In this document: positions 58,388-64,000 of the stretch, piece by piece | How the letters are laid out: every line of letters starts with the position of its first letter | Position numbering within the stretch: position 1 is the stretch's first letter | Assembly: GCA_040357565.1 (NCBI GenBank) | Contig: JBDODJ010000034.1 | Origin: Cercozoa sp. M6MM | Taxonomy: Eukaryota; Protista; Endomyxa: Ascetosporea | Reading direction: 5' to 3' (one strand) | Length of the DNA: 64,000 bases | The notes under the pieces: model-generated | What the model saw: only the letters and a program-made list of their open reading frames with translations | Database searches by the model: none | Told to the model about the DNA's origin: nothing | Program-made: the position numbers and the translations under genes

Positions 58388-60306
58388 TACTTCTTTTTTG
58401 CAGTCAGGTACAGTTGTCTGGCGATTTGTGCTGTTCGTCCGTAGCTCTCCAGAAGTAGAATACGCGGGGGACACTCTGTCTGAATCGGATGAAGACGCGC
58501 CTATCGCTACTACAAGTGCTTCTAAGCCTGTACTTTCCAAAAGTAAGCGGTGCAGCAGAGTGTGAGTATCCCTGGTCGCCAATACCCAGGTAACCACGTC
58601 TTCGGTCCGCTCGTTGGCTCGCAAGATTAGCGAAATCCGCTCTAAATCGCGTGGTAAATTTGCTACCCTCCAGTGGGTTGGGCAAATTGTAACCCTGCCA
58701 ACTTGAAGGTACGTTCTGCAGGGCAAAGCTCGAGTAAGCGTGTCAGCAGCAGCACATTGCAGAAGGCCTCGCGAGATATGCGACAGCAGCACATGAACGC
58801 TGCCTCGGGCATTGTCGGAGACTGGCGTACCATGGGTTTCTGACAGTGCCGTGGATTTTATGACGTGTATCTGTTCATGTTCGCACAGGCATGTGGCAGT
58901 ATCTGTAAGGCAAAAATAACCTGTCTGCAGATTCAAGAAAGCGTACACATTTCGTCATAGATGGCAGCCGGTGGACAACTCCTTCTCGTTGATTTTCGCC
59001 TTACAGGTGCTTTTGCCCTTGTTCGCTTTCCGTCTTGAACTCACTGCGACTTACCCAGCTGCCGCATTGGACACTACCTGCCCCATTGCTGGAGGTCACG
59101 GGAGCGTCCAAGTTTCGCTTCGTGAACGGCGAGGTACATACCAAAGAAACACTGTGCAAGACCGAAGCCCTACACATATCGAATGTCGACGCCTTCCTTA
59201 GGACCTCCGAGTTGGACAAGGAGATTCCCCGCCACGTGAGAAGCCAGGCACAGTTCGGTACAATGACGAAGGCGTGCGCTTTGTTTTAACGGCCATCTTC
59301 ACACACGCGCTCAGGTACTTTTAAGTTTAAGTCGTTCGCACAGTGGTTGTTGACTTTACGTCAGCACGTGAATTTACAGCACACCAGTAACTACGGATGT
59401 TGGAACTGAGGTACAAAAATCTACGATATCTCAACACGAAGGCATGATTCATATACACACCGCAGCAAGGACTCAGCTGGCCGGAACTCGTGTTGGACTC
59501 GGCCTTTGGCCAGACCGTTGTAAGTTGATTTTACGAGCTTATTTACTGCGGCTTGTAGTATTTGTATCATATTATATCTAGTATGCAATTGTGTGTAGAA
59601 TACTCAAACACCCACAGCAAACCGCCAATTGAGCAAAGCACTCCTAGGCATGGTCACAGGTGTCGACTTTTTTAACGACTGTGCTGCGCACGTGTTGCAG
59701 GTGCCCATTGCTTGCTCCCCATTCAGCTCTGTTTTAAATTTACAACAAGTGCTGCTGGGCTATTGCAGGCACTGTTCGCCCCCGCCGCGAAATTAGGTGA
59801 GTCTAAATAGTATTAGGTATTTAAATCTATATTTGTCACGGTCGGTTTGTGCGCAGTTGACACGACACTAGAAAGTGCTACGTCGCACGCCCACTTTGCC
59901 GAAGTATCAATCCAAGGCATCTCGGTGCTTGTGGTTAAGCTAAAGCAGGTCGACGCCGCCAGTTCGCGTACAAAGACATTTGTAAATCCGTCTCAAGTTG
60001 ACGATTTATTTGAGAGCACTACAGAGGAACCGGACGTGGCGAAGGTGAACTTCCGCGTCGGCGAGCAGCTCTTCCTTGCAATGCAGCGAAATGAATAAGC
60101 GACGCACAGCCAAGTCGACTGTGTTAGCAGGTGTGTAGTTCGGCTGGGAATTTGAGTTGAAGGGATACATTAAGATTGCGGGTGCGCATGCCGGCAACTT
60201 GCGAGTGAACTCGCCTAAGTACCGTCGCGTACTGTACATGGACGTAAATAAAACGTCAAGTACCGTACGTCGCATAGATACAAGCAACGCAACACTTCGC
60301 GTCGCT

Positions 60307-61674
60307 TCACTCTGGCTGATCATAAATTGAATCGCGATCGAAAGCGTCCACGACGCCGAAGTTGCCATAGCCGTCGTTCTGTGCTGCGCTACTGTCCACG
60401 TCAGTTTCAAGTTCAGAGGCAACGATAAGATCCGCAAGCAGCTGCCGCGCCTCCTCCATCTCTTGCTCGACTATCCAGACCCAAGAGAAATGAGAAGAGA
60501 GAGGAAAACGAAGAGAAGAAGGTACACAAGGCCGTGTGGAAGTGATCTGTGTCAGTCGAGAAAGACAAATCCTCGTCGTCGATGCTGACAAGAGGAAGAT
60601 CTTCACCGCGAGCCACAATGAGTTCCAGCGCGTGCTTAATCGACTGCAAAACGAAAACTATAGCACACAACGTTCTGAGAGGTCTCGGATACCTGTTTGA
60701 CGGTGGAATGATCGAGCACTTCCATCAGCAGTTGGCGGCAGTCCTCGACAAGAGCGAGGAAGCGCGGATACTTTTTGGCGAGATGCGTGTCGCCGCGCAG
60801 TACCTCGTACAATGGACTGTGGAATGTGAACAGATCCAGTGCGTTTCGTGCAGCCTGTCCAACAAACATCACACGCACCTCTCCGCACAAAAGTGTACAG
60901 CAACGACCAACAGCTAGCTCTACCTTGTCAAACATTGCATCATCGAGTAACTCAACTTCGTCTTCTTCCTGCACACAGCACATGGAATTCTGCAAGCAAA
61001 CCATTTGGGCCATAGGGAGAGATATATATATATACCCCTCCGAACACGGGAACTTCGACAATGACAGTGCCTCGATTCTTGCCTTCCGCCGACCGCGGTT
61101 GTTGTTGCTGATGTTGCTTGTGCACCACCATACGCTGCAGGAACGCACGCAACGCAACGAATGCCCTCTGCAAACACATATACACACACACGTACACACA
61201 TATACACATAAACGTACACACATATACACATACACGCACACACATACAACGCATACACAGACCACCTGTTAAGTGCGAAACAGAGATAAGTAACTAGAGA
61301 TACCTGCTTGAGCTCAACGTGACGCTTCACGATATGGGCAACTTGTGACTTCTTGCCGCGCTGCAGCAGCTCGTCGCCCCAATGCTCTGTCTGCAGTCTC
61401 GTCTTTTTGTATCCGAAACGTTTCTTGTTGGCCTCATCCGCACGGTCGCGCAGCGCCTGCTGTAGCAGCGACTCCTCTCGACCCATTAGTCTCTGCGCTC
61501 GCGCACAGCGAAACGCACTCGCGACGCGGCCACGTGCCGCAAGTAACTGTGTACCACACACATACACACATACACACACACGCACACACACACGCACACA
61601 CACACACACGCGCACACATACAAATACACACAATACACAATACACAATACACAATACACAATACACAATACACA

Positions 61675-61723
<49 letters not shown>

Positions 61724-61733
61724 NNNNNNNNNN

Positions 61734-61782
<49 letters not shown>

Positions 61783-62786
61783 GTACGCTCTAGAATGCTC
61801 AGTTAAGCATACCTGGACAAGGGCGGTGTCACCAATCAGGTTGACGAAGATACTGATGGACGGAAGGTAATGTGACATGGGATACAGATGCTGTATGCAG
61901 TATGTACCCGTTGGACATGAGATCGAGTTCGAACTCACTGAGGAGAGTGGCTGTGTCCTCCAGTGTGCACCGACGTTCCTGCATGCTGTGAGGCATCTGG
62001 TCGTTGTTGAAGTTATCCTCTCGATGATCCGGTGGCGCGGCAAGAGCCTCGATTCGCAGCAGCTGCTCGGCCACGCAGATCAAGTGTAGCATTTTCTGCG
62101 TGCAACACACAAAACATGTCTTCATGGAGGGGAGGGAAAGAGAAGGGAGAGAGAGAGTGGTGCACCTGAATACAAACTATCTGCGTTCGGTCCAGCGCTG
62201 AAGAGTATCTACTGTTGGCCGTCGGCAACAAGGCGCCTGCATAGTCACGCGTAAGACAACTGTCGGCAGCCCTAATGCAGATAGAAATGAGGCAAATCAC
62301 CAAAAATAGGATCACTCGCGCGACTTTTATCTTCCAAAAACTGCTCGCGCAGCTGTTCGCGCATCAGCGGCGACCCAAACTGCCTGACTGGGCCTGTCAA
62401 ATACGGGTGTATATAACACACGGCGACAGAAAGCACACAAACTCAGACACACATTCAAATGCGGCACTCGATACGTACCAGCGAACTCGTGGAAGGAGTC
62501 AAGCACACGGCGCGCTAGTGCATGTGCCTGCTGTGCTACTTGGTGAGACTCCACTTCCTTGTTCTACCAGTACACATACATACATACACACACAGACCCA
62601 AACACAGAGACAAAGACACAGATAAAGACACACAGACAAACACACACACGCACAGGCACGGACAGAAGAGTTAGTACCAGTAGTTTCATGAGTAGATCCT
62701 GGGCCTCGTGTGTGTGTTTCAAGAGCACAGCCGACTGCAGTGCCTGCAGCGAAGTAGCCTCCAGCCGCGACGTCTCCAAAAACTAT

Positions 62787-62854
<68 letters not shown>

Positions 62855-63654
62855 CACTCACACACATGCATTTATACACAGACACACATGCAGGTGTTCA
62901 GACAAAGATAGATGCAGTCAGGAGGCTACCTCGCCATAGTTCGCGAGGAAGGCACGGAGACCTTCAATATCGGCACACTTGCCGAAGATACAGCACATGT
63001 CAATGAAGGAAACGCGCATGCGAAACACCGCCGATGTACGGTTGCGCTTCTTAGCGTCGTTCGCGTAGCGAAAAAAGTGCGGCGGGATCCTCACAAACTG
63101 TACGGTGCGTCACACAACAGGGAGTGTAGGCATCGACACCAAAGAAAACAAAAACTACCGGACCATGCTTCATGCGTGCCATGCCGTAGGAGAAGACAGC
63201 ACGTGCTGTGTCGAGGAAAGGCCGCGGGTCGCGCATCGCAAGCACACCACCTAGCACCACGGGGACGCAGTTTACGTCAAAGTATGTGCTGGCTAGTGTC
63301 TGCCCACAAATGAATCAAGGCCGCAGTGTACAGTACTTTGAGCACATCTGGGCTGCCAAACGCACCTTGTGCAGCACCGATGCGAGCTGTGCATCACTCG
63401 TGCAAACACGCGTTGCGCATGCCTTTATGGCTTCGAGAAGTGCCGGCCAGTGCAATGAACTAAAGGACTGCACGGACAGACCAAAAGTACATCATAGGTA
63501 TCGCGCAGACAGCTGTCAGGCCAAGGGAGCAAAATGTGTACCGAATGGGGATTTTCGCGCAGAAAGCGATCCAAGGCGCCACTTATCCGCCGAAACCAGA
63601 GTCTTTGCAACTCTTCAGTCAGCACTTTCTGTATGAGCATGTTCAACACTCACA

Positions 63655-63720
<66 letters not shown>

Positions 63721-64000
63721 CTCAGAGGAGAGTACGACACGGCAGTACCCCCCGAAACTCCCGTACAAACTGCCGGTGTTTGCGAAGCAGGAGTCGCTCA
63801 CGCCTAATGTTGACAGTGTGCACTCGCTGAAGCTGCTTTTCCTCCTTTTTCGACACTTGTTTCAGTAGGTGCAGCGCGTGAGGCAGCAGTTCCTCGAGCT
63901 CGTCTGCATCGCGCACGAGACGTAAATGCATTTTCATCTCGAACGCCGCATGGCTGCGTCGAATACAGCAGGCGTAACGGTTGCAATCAAACAGAGCTGA
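60307..64000 (-). CDS. Large hypothetical alpha-helical protein, 5' end beyond the window
   Basis: Chain of minus-strand exons between GT-AG introns with UG repeats; ends ...DRDSIYDQPE*. Confidence 0.6.
61555..61779. repeat. Compound (CA)n / (ACACAAT)n intronic satellite with a 10-N gap (61724-61733)
   Basis: Seen directly; further CA tracts at 62788-62866 and 63645-63718. Confidence 0.93.

Overview
Gene-dense eukaryotic (protist-like) nuclear DNA with about 24 protein genes, most split by many short (mostly 50-100 nt) GT-AG introns, so the six-frame ORF track is misleading and genes were rebuilt by hand-splicing. Recognisable genes in order: RPL38, RAD9 (9-1-1 clamp), YME1/FtsH, a 7TM-like protein, a 4xCBS protein, choline-phosphate cytidylyltransferase, NAT10/Kre33 (about 43 introns), VTI1-type SNARE, a Methyltransf_16 lysine methyltransferase, PTEN-like phosphatase, riboflavin kinase, SHIPPO-repeat (ODF3-like) protein, COG4, TMEM135, an orphan membrane protein, an AGC kinase, acyl-CoA oxidase, API5-like, a sphingomyelin/IPC synthase-family protein, plus several orphans. 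I found no tRNA, rRNA, snRNA or CRISPR. The most unusual signals are: (1) extreme intron density with an atypical GTAC-dominated 5' splice site that mostly lacks +4A/+5G; (2) recurrent intron sequence classes (a GGTCCATTTGTAC motif, C-rich TTACCCC tracts, UG repeats), suggestive of intron-generating elements or intronic splicing signals; (3) a dispersed intergenic repeat family built from shared short modules (AGTTAGTTCAGTC / AAGAAACCAGCTA / GTAGTTCCCCTG) at four loci, linked to LINE-like fragments. All exon boundaries and counts are manual and need RNA-seq or database confirmation. The organism is not identified.
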